Source: the human T2T-CHM13v2.0 reference genome, Homo sapiens. From it: a DNA stretch of 64,000 bases. Position numbers and translations under genes: made by a program. Shown here piece by piece: positions 45,156 to 59,629 of this stretch. The stretch is taken from the NCBI RefSeq assembly GCF_009914755.1, contig NC_060928.1. One strand, given 5' to 3'. Numbering within the stretch: position 1 is the stretch's first letter; every line of letters starts with the position of its first letter. A model generated the notes under the pieces. That model was not told the origin of the DNA. It searched no databases and saw only the letters and a program-made list of their open reading frames with translations.

Positions 45156-47067
45156 CAAAAAAGAGATCCAAGACTTGTTTTAGAAGACATCAAAGCCAAA
45201 TGAAGCCATACCACTCGCTATGAGTTCCTTTAAGGTGGGATTTCCCAAACTGAGATTTATTAAATACTAATGTTCTATTCGATAGTAATAGATGAATTAC
45301 AAAATAGAGTTCTTTGATCTCTAGAAATGCTGGGCTAAATGAGACTGCTCTGCTTTTTTTCTGCAGGTGTTCTTAGATTCTTAAAGATTATGCTCTTTAA
45401 CACATCCTCTTGATCACAAAATTCTTTTATAAAACACCCTTAATATTATGACATGACACCAGCATTCCAAATGCATACTTTAGCGCGTAATGGCTTGTGG
45501 AATTTAACTATAGCTGCACGAAGGTAATTTTTAAAATTTCAGTTAGCTGATATTAATGTTTATCAATTTACATTAAACTTTCCTTCTCTGAGATCTATTA
45601 CACAAGGTAGTCTTTGCTCTTTCCTTTATTGACCTGTGAATTTCATAATAAATTATACAGTCTATAGAATATCTTTACATTGTTTTTATTTTGAAACAAA
45701 GACCAAGATGATGGAGGTCAGAGTTTTGTCATTTATTCCTAACTATATTCATTTAGCAAATATTAATTGAGAATTCTGTAAAAGGCTTGGCTCTGTGAAA
45801 GATAATCATTTGTATAAGATTTGGCCTCTGTATGCAATAAGTCTTTAATATAAAAGGGGATATAACTGTGTTAACAAATAATTACAACATAATAAACATA
45901 TAAGTGTATCAGTGAAGCAAAGTGCCATAGGAATTCATTGGAGATACCAATTACCACTTCCCTTCCCCATAAGCAAAGAATACCTAATAAATGGATTTTA
46001 AAAACTAAGTGAAGTGGGAGTTTCAGCGTAATAGTCTCAATACTGATGTCTTCCTTAAACAAGAAGGCAGGGCTGCCTGAAAAATCTAGAGTGTTTAGGA
46101 AAGTTAGGCAAGAGAATTGGAGAAGATAAGAGATGACTTGGAACTTAAGTTATAGGGAACAGACTAATCTATCATCTAGAAATGAATAATAAGATAGTCA
46201 AGTAGCTTTGAGAACTCACTTGAAAACAGGCAGCATGAATTTCTGATAGGCCAGTCAGCATGGTTCTATGATTAGCAAAGTCAAATGAGAAAAATGTTCT
46301 TAACTATCCTTAGCAGACATTGTGGAAAATTTAACTATTTGAGCAAAAAGTCTATTTTGAACTATAATAGGTCATTCATCTTCACTGTAACTGCTGAGGT
46401 CATTAAACTTTTACAGAGAGCCTGACTTCAATATTTAAAAAACTGTATGTTTCAATTTGTTTCTGCTTTTAGAGTGTTGAAATGTAAAATAATAGAGGAC
46501 TCAGACTTTGTCTCATGCTTGAGGTGCTGTTGGTTTTCTATATATTACATAACAAGAGAGGGTAATGTCCTGCATGGTTGTATTTTACTCAGAATACAAT
46601 ATATGTTCCAAGTGGTTACACATGATTTATAATTGTTGGTAAGATGGTTCTGTCAGGCAAACTATGTTGCGGCTTATTTTCACTAATCACATCTCATAAA
46701 TCACTATAAAAACAGGTCATGGCATACATGAAGTACTGCAAAACAGCACTTAAAATGCATTTGCCTTAATATCATCCTATGGAGGGCTTCAATTTAATGG
46801 GAAAAGTAAATGGATGTTATCCTCTAAGATCAGATATACATACTCAACATTTTTTGGCCTGCTTCCACTAAAGTGATAATAGAGCTGAAATCATAGCACA
46901 TTATTTTACGCTTTTATGTTCTCTATCCTTGTTAGATATTTCTAACTCTGTCACCACATAAGCTCCTAGTGCATAGTATAATTCCAAAACACCCTGAAAA
47001 ATGAGTCTTCCATAAGACATTTCACATTTTCTTATTATTGCAGTTTGTCACTTCTCTTCTGTTCACT

Positions 47068-47197
47068 TTCTTTGTAGATGTAGAGGGAAACAGACGAAAG
47101 ATGTCAAGAAGGAAAGCATTATTCCTTCTTGGTATCTTTGGTCTGTTTCCCTCTACATCTACAAAGAATAGGAAAGGAATAATGCTTTCCTTCTTGA
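47068..47197. repeat. Long inverted repeat (47-bp arms, 7-nt loop) plus an extra inverted copy of the loop region
   Basis: 47068-47114 pairs with 47122-47168 (44/47 Watson-Crick). 47174-47197 is the exact reverse complement of 47104-47127. Confidence 0.95.
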
Positions 47198-47378
47198 GTC
47201 TTGACCTGAACAAGTGAGCCAGGCCCTGTATAAAGGTGATAATGATCTAATAGTGATTAAGACCCTTTCTTCATATTGCGGATTACTAGTTTAAGAGTCA
47301 AGAAATAGTGATTACTTTGCTCTAGCAGCCTTCAAGTGCATGGGTCAGTGAATGAACCACTGGCCCTGGTCAGAGTAT

Positions 47379-47497
47379 GGGTGGCCTCTGCATAGTGATG
47401 CATACAGCAGGGAGGGAGGGTGGCCTCTGCATAGTGATGCATACAGCAGGGAGGGAGGGTGGCCTCTGCATAGTGATGCATACAGCAGGGAGGGAGG
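47379..47497. repeat. 39-bp tandem repeat, 3 identical copies
   Basis: Unit gggtggcctctgcatagtgatgcatacagcagggaggga at 47379, 47418 and 47457. Confidence 0.97.
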
Positions 47498-48018
47498 TGC
47501 TGTGAACATGCTAAATCCTGGCGAAAGTTCCTAAGGATGTGGTAGCTGGTGTTGCCTTATTTAATTCTGATTCCACCCTGAAACCCAATTCTGCTTCTTA
47601 TCTCTCCATGGACAAAAAACCTGGTGACTTATATAGCCAAGCCATGGTCCAGAAAGTACTATTAACACTACTTCAATTATCAGTCCATTTTTCCTTAGAA
47701 GGAGATGGTCCAAACCATGAGATCATCAAGTTAGCAGACAGGAATGCCCTCAACAAAACTAACAGCAGTCAAACCCTTCTTTGTCTTTCTTCCTAGTTAA
47801 ACCTTTGTGACAATTCCCTTCACATATACTCCGGATCCCATCTCCACTCATCCTTTCAGTTTTGCATCACCAGTATTCTCTCTTTGAATCATTCTCTTCA
47901 GGACACCAATGTGGTCTAGTATCACCCATATTTTTTTAAAAAGAAAATTCTTAGCCACATGTCTTTTTGAGTTACACATGATTTTTACTCCCCTCTGATG
48001 TAGCCAAACTTCTGTCTA

Positions 48019-48478
48019 TGACATGCTGCTTTCAAGACCAAAGAATAGAGACACGCGTTTTGTCTTTTGGGTGGCCTCCATGCATAGTCCTGGTTGCCCT
48101 TTCTCTTCCCTTTTTATGCGGGTTGGCAGAGCTGGCTGAACAGCACTGGGTAAGCTCATCAAAAGAACACACGGTCTCTCTCCATCTCATACCAGAGGCA
48201 TTAGTATGTGACCCCGCTTGACTAAGTAATTGTCTTACAAAGGCCACATCCCTGGCCAAGGAGCTTCCATTATTACAAGGTTAACTAGAGTTCCCTGACA
48301 TTTCCCAGCTGTCCTATAAACACATATAGCACCCTCAGTATTCCTTTCCATGTTTTCTCCAGATAACTGAGCATAAATCTCACAGTATGTGCATCCCACT
48401 GACTCTATTGTCTCTATATTTCCCTAATAAATATATTATGAAAACTAGTATGCATGCATTTCTGTCTCTTGTATTACA
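48019..48478 (+). mobile_element. Unassigned old LTR inserted in an L2 remnant (~47800-48900)
   Basis: TG...CA ends, tataaa and aataaa in LTR-like order, interrupting L2-like sequence. Confidence 0.45.
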
Positions 48479-48605
48479 GCCTCCAGTGACTTCCATGCTC
48501 AACTCTAACAGATACTCTCGTCTTCTCATTTTACTCAAGTCCTTGCTAGCATGCAACATGTGAACAATTTCTTCTTTTCGTCTCTCAGTTTCCATGACTC
48601 TATAC

Positions 48606-48739
48606 CAGTGGGCCTTAAACTTTAGAGTGCATCAGAATCACCAGAGTTTCTGTTTCAGTAGGTCTGAGGTGGGGCCTAAGACCTGTTTCCAGGTTATACT
48701 GATGTCTTTGTTCTGGAGACCATACTTTGAAAACCATCA
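48606..48739. mobile_element. MER5A (hAT) MITE, internally deleted
   Basis: tgcatcagaatcacc ... cagtaggtctgaggtggggcc ... actttgaaaacca; 8-bp TSD ctctatac / ttctatac. Confidence 0.85.
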
Positions 48740-49732
48740 TTCTATACTGTCATGGACACTTCATTATCTTTGTAATTTCCCCATTATTGATGCTACTACT
48801 GTGGCTACTTGTCATCATCCTCTGTGCCAGATCAGCCTCCTTCCTATGATCTCTAATTTCTCCCCAGTTATCAGCCTCCCATTTTAGTCTCAGATCTATG
48901 GTTGTATCCTTATGTTAGTAACGCCAACATTTTTTTAAAAAGTGCTAGCATACGCATTTTGTGTAAAACTTCCTAGTCTTTAAGCCTCAATCATCTCATG
49001 GTGTTGCAAGGACTAAATTGTGAACCTTAATTACTTTGGCCAACACAAAAATTATACTATGATAATTTATAAAGCAACAACACTGCCACCAGGTAACCAA
49101 GCATAGACCATATACTATTTTAAAGCAGGCCTTTAAAAGATAAATACAGAATTTAAATATTGTCAGAAACATTAAATTTTATATATGTAATTTCTGTAAC
49201 AATCATTATTACTTTGGCATTCCTTGTTTAAAAATGCTAGCATCATTTTTGTTTACATTTTAACTATAATTAATCTGATCAGATAAGATGTATTAAGTTC
49301 CATTTTCAGTGATTGCCTGAACAGATTTAAATAAGGCAGGCATTCTGTCAAGATTTATAATTATGTATTATATAATTTTATCCAGTGCTTGGAAGATGTA
49401 TTGGTAAGATGCCCAAAGAGAAGCAATCACTTAACAAAATGAAGTTGTAGTTATTCAAACAAATGACTATTTGACAACATAATTCTTTCATGTTGAACAG
49501 CAACTTTCACCATCTTTTGTGTAAGGAAAGCAGTATTTGTTCTAGAAGCTCATTCTAATTGCATTATTTTTTGAAGCTATGGCATCACATTTTTTATGTT
49601 GAAAGAAATCTGGTATGTCTAACTGCTAGCACACTCCACTGTATACAAGCAGGAATAAAATAATAATCATAAATCTTCTTAAGAATTTCTTATTCCTTTA
49701 CCATGTCTATTCTTTTTAAAGATCTTCAGGAA

Positions 49733-50021
<289 letters not shown>

Positions 50022-50179
50022 AAGATCTTCAGGAAATTTTCCTGAATGACTTAATTTTGATTAACAAAATGCTAATTTTATAATGTGTTTGATTCACATT
50101 ATTCAAAAGTAAATAATCATTTGTAAATTGACTCATTTGAAAAATATGATAATGAAGTTTAATATTTATGAGATTTATT

Positions 50180-50406
50180 CATATTTTTTAGGGTGTGCAA
50201 CATGATGGGGTTATTTCAGCTTTTATTTTAGATTCAGAGGGTACATGTGAAAATTTGTCACATGAAAAAATTACACGCCACTGAGGTTTGATGCACAAAT
50301 GATCCTGTCACCCAGGTAGTGAGCATAGTACCTGATAGGTAGCTTTTCAGCCCATGTCACCCTTCCATCCTCCCTGCTCTAGTAGTCTCAGTGTCTATTG
50401 TTGCTG
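50180..50406 (-). mobile_element. Short L1PA (15/16-like) 3'-end insertion
   Basis: ttagattcagagggtacatgtg ... gatcctgtcacccaggtagtgagcatagtacc, flanked by tgagatttatt (50169-50179 / 50407-50417). Confidence 0.8.
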
Positions 50407-50844
50407 TGAGATTTATTTTTAATAAAATTGTTCAAAAATAATTTATGTTATTTAAATACTATTTTTTGTATTCATATTTTCGAAAACTGGAAGCTATTTT
50501 CTGAATTTTGTGGCTGCCAAACAGCTTTAACTCCAATTAAATCCCTAATTGACCTATGATGGATATTTGGTGTAACTGAAAAATAAACACCTTTATTTTA
50601 AGCCACTGATATGTTAGATGCTGTTAGTTACCACAGCAAAACTTAGTCTCTCCCAACTATGTTAGTAGGCATATTTGGAAGATTTGATTGTGGGTACATT
50701 CATTTAGGTTAGGTTTTTAATTTCTCTGAATTACAAATGCTATGACTTGCTTCTACCCAATAAAATATGACAAAGTTGACAGAATGTGTATAATTATTTT
50801 ACATAAAATTGTAATGCCCATTTCTCTAAGAGACATTTATTTTC

Positions 50845-51143
50845 TGACTTAGAAGAAACAACCGTGCTATAAGATGTCACATGAACAGGGCCATATGGCA
50901 AGGAGCTATGGACAGGCTTTTGCCAACAGCCAGCAAAAAACTGAGGCTCTCAGTCTGGCAGCTTGTAAGAAACTACATGCTGCCAACAACTTCATGAAAT
51001 TGGAAGGAGATCCTTTTCCAGCCTACCCCTGATGAGAACCCAGCTCATTCTGGCCACGTTGATTACAGCCTTGCAGGGCCCAGCGAAACCTAAATCCTGC
51101 CTGGACACCTGACCCACACAATATGCATAAATAAATAAATAAT
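50845..51143 (+). mobile_element. MLT1 (E/F-like) LTR fragment
   Basis: ggccatatggcaagga ... acagccagcaaaaaactgaggctctcagtc ... tgccaacaac ... cctgacccacaca. Confidence 0.75.
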
Positions 51144-51823
51144 ACAACTGAAGATCAGGTTCTGTGATATTTTTCTAATTCAATAACAATGGGAGATTTC
51201 ACTGGCTTTGTTGCAGCAACTTTGAAGAATAATAAATTTAATGGAGATAGATTATGAAATAAACTATTCAGTAGCTTTTTCAGCCTTACATAACATGTAC
51301 TCAGATGATATAAAAGATTGGATGTTTTGATATTTTAAATAATTAACAAATATTCAATGAAGAATACTTTGGACCATTTGGTGATTTCTGATCAGATTCA
51401 TTGTATTGCTATGAGCTCTTTACATAATACGCACCTTTATGTATGTATATTACTCTTAAATAAAATGTGGGAAAGAGCTATATTGGTCTGAAATACAATC
51501 ACATTATCTGTACATTTATTTTTACTAATATCTAGAGTAAATATTTAATACAGTAATATAGCAATACTGACATCAGAAGTAACAATTTTCTTCTAGAGTT
51601 CATAAGTTTTCACATCTTTGTTTGAAAAGTAAATAAATATCAGAAAGCAGTAAGTTAAAATTATAAACAATAGATAGATAATTCTAAAATAGCATAGCAT
51701 ATCTTTCCCTTACTTTGTCTCCTGAAAGTGGAGTTAAGGATGTTTGGTTTTCCAGACTTTCTAATTCACGCTGGATCTTCAAGTTCATGTATATTGTTCC
51801 AGCCTAGTCTCTTAGTTTATTAT

Positions 51824-52276
51824 TGTATTAGTGTATTATCACACTGCTATAAAGAAATACCTGAGACTGAGTAATTTACAAAGATAGAGATTTAATTGGC
51901 TCACAATTTTGCAGGCTGTGTAGAAAGCATAGTGGCTTCTGCTTTTGAGGAGTCCTCGGGAAGCTTCCAATCATGGCAGAAGGCAGAAGGCAATATGGGA
52001 GCTGACACTTCAAGTGGTGGGAGCAGGAGAAAGAGGGTGGGGGGAGGGGAGAGGGAGAGAGAGAGGGAGAGGGAGAAAGAGAAGGTGCTACGTACTTTTA
52101 AACAACCAGGTCTTGTGAGAACTCACTCATGAGAACAGCACCAAGGGAACAGTGCTAAATTATTCATGAGAAACTGCCCATATGATCCAATCGCCTCTTA
52201 CCACACCCCACCTCCAATATTGGGGATCACAATTCCACATGAGATTTGGGTGGGAACATAGATCCAAACCATATCA
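51824..52276 (-). mobile_element. MST (MSTA/B) solo LTR
   Basis: tgtattagt ... gctataaagaaatacctgagactg ... gatccaaaccatatca. Confidence 0.88.
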
Positions 52277-52365
52277 CTTGTGTTGTTGTTTTAATTTAAC
52301 TAAGATGTAACTTAAAAAAATGTTCTTGGAGGAAGGAGGAAAATGGTGAAAAGGAAGCAGGAATA

Positions 52366-52566
52366 GGAACATCACACTCTGGGGACTGTTGTGGGGTTGG
52401 GGGAGGGGGGAGGGAGAGCTTTAGGAGATATACCTAATGCTAAATGATGAGTTAATGGGTGCAGCACACCAGCATGGCACATGTATACATATGTAACTAA
52501 CCTGCACATTGTGCACATGTACCCTAAAACTTAAAGTATAATAATAATAAAATAAAAAAAATAAAA
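52366..52566 (+). mobile_element. L1PA2-4-like 3'-terminal 200-bp insertion in the L1PB 5' UTR
   Basis: gatgaGttaatgggtgcagcacacc and cttaAagtat (non-Ta states); 17-bp TSD aaaaggaagc(a/c)ggaata (52349-52365 / 52567-52583). Confidence 0.92.
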
Positions 52567-54961
52567 AAAAGGAAGCCGGAATAACTTGCAACTTGCACTT
52601 GGATGGACAGAGCAGTATGCGAAGACTCACATCGTAAAATTTTGTTCCAAGAACCACTGCAGGAACATACCAAGAAAGCCAACAGAATCCACAGATCCTT
52701 TGAAGGCAGTGGATTGCCATTGCAGGCTCCATGGGATAGCTGAGGAACTGTGAGTCTACTTGCTTTCTCAGTTGGGATGCTTGTAGTCTGGGGTAAGTTC
52801 TCAACCCTGCGTATCAACAGCCTGGAAATAAATTCTGTGCTGATGGCAGGGGACAGTGGGAGTGAGATGGGCCTTTTGGGCTGGAGGGCTGCAGGGGAGC
52901 TAGATGAAGCCTGTGGCTTCTGCCTTTCCCCCACTTCCCTGGTAACCTGTGTGATGCAGCAAAGGCAACCATATACCCCTGGGAACAGAACTTCATTGGC
53001 CTGCAAACCACACCTTCATCCCTCCACAGCTGCTGCAGCAGGCCCTCCCCAAGGAGAGTTTAAGCTTAGACATGCCTAACCCTGTCTCCACCTAATGGTC
53101 TTTCTATACTGGCCCTGGTGGCAGAAGACAGAGGACATAATCTTTTGGGAGCTCTATGGCCCTGCCCACTGCTTTACCCTAGGGCAAGCTTGTATCCTCC
53201 CTGTGATAATGCAGCTGGTGTGCTCTTGAAAGTGCCACCTCCTGGCTGGAGGCAAACCAACAATAAGCCAATGCACTAAACAAAAATGCAACCAAGGACC
53301 CTCACAGGGTCTACTTCAATCCCCTGCTTTCTCCACCAGAGCAGGTGCTGCTATCCACGGCTGAGAGACCTGAAGATGGATCACATCACAGGACTCTTTA
53401 CAGACACTCCTCAGTACCAGCCTGGAGCCTGGTAGCTCTGCTGGGTGGCTAGATCCAGAAAAGAAAAACATTCACTGCAGTTTGGCTCCCAGAAAGCCCC
53501 ATGCCTAGGGGAAGGGGAAGAACAGCACATCAAGGGAGCACCTCATGGGAAAAAAGTCTCTGAGCAGAAGCCCTTGAGTACCAGATATTCTCTCTGACGT
53601 AGTCTACCCAAATGAGAAGGAAACAGAAAAACAAATCTGGCAATATGACAAAACAAGGCTCGTTAGCACCCCCAAAAGATCACACAAGCTCACCAGCAAT
53701 GGATCCAAACCATGATGAAATCTCTGAATTGCCAGAAAAAGAATTTATAAGGTCAACTACTAAGCTAATCAAGAAGGCACCAGAAAAAGGTGATGTCAAA
53801 CTTAAAGAAATAATAATTTAAAAAATACAGGATATGATTGGAAAATTTTCCAGTGAAATGGATAGCATAAATAAAAAACAATCAATCACTACTTCTGGAA
53901 ATGAAGGGCACACTTAGGGAATTGCATTTGCATGAAACGTTTCAGCAATACAGTTGAACAAGCAGAAGAAGAACCTTCAGAGCTTGAAGACAAGGCTTTT
54001 GAATTAACCCAGTCTGACAAAGACAAAAAAAAATTTTTTTAAAAATGAACAAGGCCTCCAAAAAGTTTGGGATTACATTAAATGACCAAACCTAAGAATA
54101 TTTAGTGTTTCTGAGGAAGAGGAGACATCTAAAATTTTGGAAAAAAATTTGAGGAAATAATCAAGGAAATCTTCCGAGGGCTTGCTAAAGGTCTAGACAT
54201 CCAAATACAAAAGGCTCAAAGAATACTTGGGAAATTCATTGCAAAAAGATCATCGCCTAGGCACATAGTCATTGGGTTATCTAAACTCAAGAAAAAGGAA
54301 ATAATCTTAGGAGTTCTGAGGCAAAAGCATCAGGTAACCCATAAAGGAAAACCTATCAGATTAACTTCAGATTTCTCAGCAGAAACCCTACAAACTAGAA
54401 GGGATTGGGGTCCTATCTTTAGCCTCCTTAAACAAAACAATTATCAGCCAAGAATTTTGTATCCGGGGAAACTAAGCTTCATAAATGAAGGGAAGATAGT
54501 CTTTTTCAGACAAATAAAAACTAAGAGAATCCACCACTACCAAACCAGCACTACAAGAACAGTTAAAAGGAGCTCTAAATCTTGAAACAAATCCTCAAAA
54601 TACACCGAAATAGAATCTCCTTAAAGCATAAATCTTATGGTACCTATAAAACAACAACAAAAATAAAAATTAAATAAACAAGGTATTCAGGCAACAAATA
54701 GAATGATGAATAGGATAGTACTTCACATCTCAATATTAAGGTTGAAGGTAAATGACTTATATGCTTCACTTAAAAGATACAGAATGACAGAATGGATAAG
54801 AATTTCCCAACCAAGTATCTTCTGTCTTCAAGAGACTCACCTGACAAATAAAGACTCACATAAACTTAAGGTAAAGGGATGGAAAAAGATATTCCATGCA
54901 AATGGCCATCAAAAGCAGACAAAACAAATATTAAGAAATAGCAGTTAAAAAAGATAGAGGG

Positions 54962-55517
<556 letters not shown>

Positions 55518-56847
55518 TCACAATCCTAAATATTTATGCACCTAACACTGAAGCTCCCAAATATATAAAACAAATACAACTAGACCTAAGAAATGTGGTA
55601 GATGCCAACATAATAATAGTGGGGAACTTTAATACTCTACTGGCAACACTAGACATGTCCTCAAGACAGAAAATCATCAGGGAAACAATGGACTTAAACT
55701 ATACCCTACAACAAATGGACTTAACAGATATTTGTAGAACATTCTACCCAACAACTGCAGAGCATACATTCTGTTCATCAGCACATGGAACATTTTGTAA
55801 GATAGACCTTATAATAGGCCACACAAACAGGATAGTACTTGTATAAAAATAGGCACATAGACCAATGGAACAGAATAGAGAACCCCGAAATAAAGCCAAA
55901 TACTTACAGCCAACTGATCTTCAACAAAGCAAGGAAAAATATAAAGTGGGGAAAGGACACACTATTCAACAAATGGTCCTGGGATAATTGGTAAGCCACA
56001 TGTAGAAGAATGAAACTGGATCCTCATCTCTTACCTTATACAAAAATCAACACAAGATGGATCAAGGACTGTAATCTAAGACCTGATGGCGTAACAATTC
56101 TAGAAGATAACATTGGAAATAACCTTCTACACATTGACTTAGGCAAAGACTTTATGACCAAGAACCCAAAAGCAAATGCAGCAAAAACAAAGATAAACAG
56201 ATGGAGCTTAATTAAACTTAAAAGGTTCTCCACAGCCAAAGAAATAATCAGCACAGTAAACAGACAACCCACAGAATAGTTGAAAATCTTTGCAATCTAT
56301 ACTTCTGTCAAATGACTAATATTCAGAATCTACAAGGAACTCCAACAAATCAGCAAGATAAAAAACAAACAATCCCATCAAAATGTGGGCTTAGGACATA
56401 AATAGACAATTCTCAAAAAAAGATATACAAATGGCCAGCAAACATATAAAAAAATGCTCAACATCACCAACAATCAGGGGAATGCAACTCAAAACCACAA
56501 TGCAGTACCACTTTACACCTCCAAGAATGGCCATAATAAAAAAATTAAAAAATAATAGATGTCGGCATGGATGTGGTGAAAAGGGAACACTTTTACACTG
56601 CTGATGGGGATGTAAACTTGTACAACCACTATGGAAAACAGTGGGGAGATTCCTTAAAGAACTAAAAGTAGATCTACCATTTGATCTAGCAATTCCACTT
56701 TCCACTCCTGGGTATCTAATGAGAGGAAAAGAAGTCATTCTAGGAAAAAGATACTTGCACAAGCATGTTTATAGCAGCACAATTTGCAATTGCAAAAATA
56801 TGGAATCAGCCCAAATGCCCATCAATCAATGAGTGGATAAAGAAATT

Positions 56848-56868
56848 TGTGTGTGTGTGTGTGTGTGC

Positions 56869-56929
<61 letters not shown>

Positions 56930-57020
56930 TATGTACATGCACACATATATATGTCTATGTATATATATGTGTGTGTATATATATGTGTGTGTATATATAT
57001 ATCACATGGAATATATATAT
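56848..57020. repeat. Compound (TG)n(TA)n(CA)n microsatellite
   Basis: Directly visible alternating purine-pyrimidine tract. Confidence 0.95.
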
Positions 57021-58204
57021 CCCATGAAATACTACTCAGCCATAAAAAGGAATGAAATAATGCTATTCATAGCAATCTGGATGGAATGGGAGAGCACTAT
57101 TCTAAGGGAAGCAACTCAAGAATGGAAAACCAAGCATTGTATGTTCTCACACACAAGTGGGAGCTAAGCTATGAAGATGCAAAGGCATAAGAATGACACA
57201 ATGAAATTTGGGGACTTGAGGGAAAGGGTGGGAGGGGGATGAGAGGTAAAAGCCTACAAATTGTGTGCAGTGCACACTGCTCGGGTGATAAGTACACCAA
57301 AATCTTAGAAATTACCACTAAAGAACTTATTCATGTACAAAAAAAAATTCCTATAACATAATGGAGCCTCATTCTCCCATGCCCTTTCAATCTTAGGGCA
57401 TTTTTGTGGCTGTTAAATCATATTTTTAAAATATGTAATAAATTATGTGCACTTGGGAAAAAAAGATGTTCTTACTATTATTTTCTGTAAGCCTATGGAT
57501 ATGAGTATTATGTGACTGGTAAATTCGCTTATATATAATCTTCATTCACTTAGCCTTCTAAATATAAAATGTTGCAAGAGAATCACTGAATCACTTTTTA
57601 TTGCAGAAATTGGATCGTGATTTCATGTTTAGCAAAAGGCCGGTTGCTCTTCTCTGTCTGATCTATGGTTGAATATATCTTCCCACAATTCACAGCAAAA
57701 GACCAACAGAATAATGTATTATTGCAATGCTGGAAATAATGCACATGAATCCATATCTATAAATCATTTGTCTAAAGTCTTTATCTCTAGTTCTCTGAGG
57801 CATATTATCAATCTTAGGTGAGCCATGGAACAGTTACTATGTCATTGCCCTGGGTGAAAGTAATTTATGACTGTGAGCAGGTTTGTTGCAGGGAAGAAGC
57901 AGCTATCTAATTTTCAGACTTTGAATTCATGGCTGTGGAGATCAGTGGAATGGAGTATACCTATCAAGATTAGTGAGTTCACTGTTAAAGATGGAATGTG
58001 AGGCAGGTAACTTGGGATCCTCAAATATGCTGTCTGTGCATTTTTGCTCATGAAAAGATTCTAATTTTTCCTCTCTCACCTCCACCGTTTATCTCTGTAA
58101 TATATACAGTGATTGAAAAATCACTGCCTAACTGTTCTTTAAGATACAACTTTTGTTTCAACTTCCTCATGTACTTTTTTTGACTTCATTATCCTCTTTT
58201 ATTT

Positions 58205-58509
<305 letters not shown>

Positions 58510-59357
58510 CTTCCTTAATTTTTTAAAAAATTACTCATCTCAACCAAGTGAGTTGAAATTGAGTAACTTCTGCTATGTTGAAGAAATTTTTTTTCAATAT
58601 TTCAATCTCAAGACAAATTACATTTTAAGGAGTGACCTTTGTATGTGTTTTATCATTCATATTCATTTAAAACATTTATTGAATGCCTTAGCATGCACCA
58701 GCCTGGCCTGTCTGCCTTTTTTTTCTTCCTTCTTTATTTCTTTTCATTCTCTCATTATTTTTCTTGCTTATTAATATTTACATAACATGTACTATATGTG
58801 TGAAGCACATGGGTAGTACATACAGACCAGTCAATATATTTGGCATACCCATCTAAAGGATTCTAGTATTAAGAAAGAGACCATAACAAATTCCATTTTA
58901 ACAAACATTCTTAAACTCTTTGACACAAATGGTAAAAAAAAAGGCCATGGCGCTGAAAATAGGCTCTCAATCTTGTTTCAAGTCTCCTTTAATGATGAGG
59001 GTACACTAGGGTCCTCTGCTTTGTGTGTTTTCTGGTGAGAGGTAGAGCCTAGGAAACTTAGGAAAATACTAAGTTAGGAAAATTTTCAAATATGCAAACC
59101 CAGTTCTGGAGTGGATACAGCAGTATGGTATCACTTATATGAATTGTAGCCCAGATATTTAAATTGTAAAAGCTCCAAGTTTTTCAATAGAAAAAACTTT
59201 AAAACTGAAACAGTAATATGGCCCATGGAAGAGTAAATTATCTACTCTCTTAAAGAATAGCTAGCCTATCTTACAGATCTAAAAGCACTTGCAGGGAAAT
59301 TGCTTATCCCAAGTCATAGGAATGCAATCAGTGTCCATGGCAGAACGAGCCCCAGAG

Positions 59358-59545
59358 CAGAATTGAGCACCAGGAATTCCCAGAAGATTGGAGAACATGT
59401 CAGAGCATCAGTGAAGGGCTTAGGGGCAATACCCCTAAAAATTGAGCACCAGGATTCAGCACCAGAATTGAGCACCAGGAATTCCCAGAAGATTGGAGAA
59501 CATGTCAGAGCATCAGTGATGGGCTTAGGGGCAATACCCCTGAAA
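59358..59545. repeat. 83-bp direct duplication with 22-bp templated filler
   Basis: 59358-59440 versus 59463-59545 differ at 2 positions; filler 59441-59462. Confidence 0.95.
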
Positions 59546-59629
59546 CTTACACCAATATCTAGGACTAACTTAAAGAGTAGGCCCATGGACTTGGACTTCT
59601 TAAAGGTGATGTGAATAAAGCAAAGGGGA

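Noticed and set aside
45230-45500. Possible hAT MITE remnant
   Set aside because: Too decayed to define ends or family from the sequence alone.
47352-47534. 39-bp repeat as a CRISPR array or repeat-peptide gene (GWPLHSDAYSREG x3)
   Set aside because: Units are head-to-tail with no spacers, there are no cas genes, and the context is primate DNA. The peptide repeat just reflects a unit length divisible by 3.
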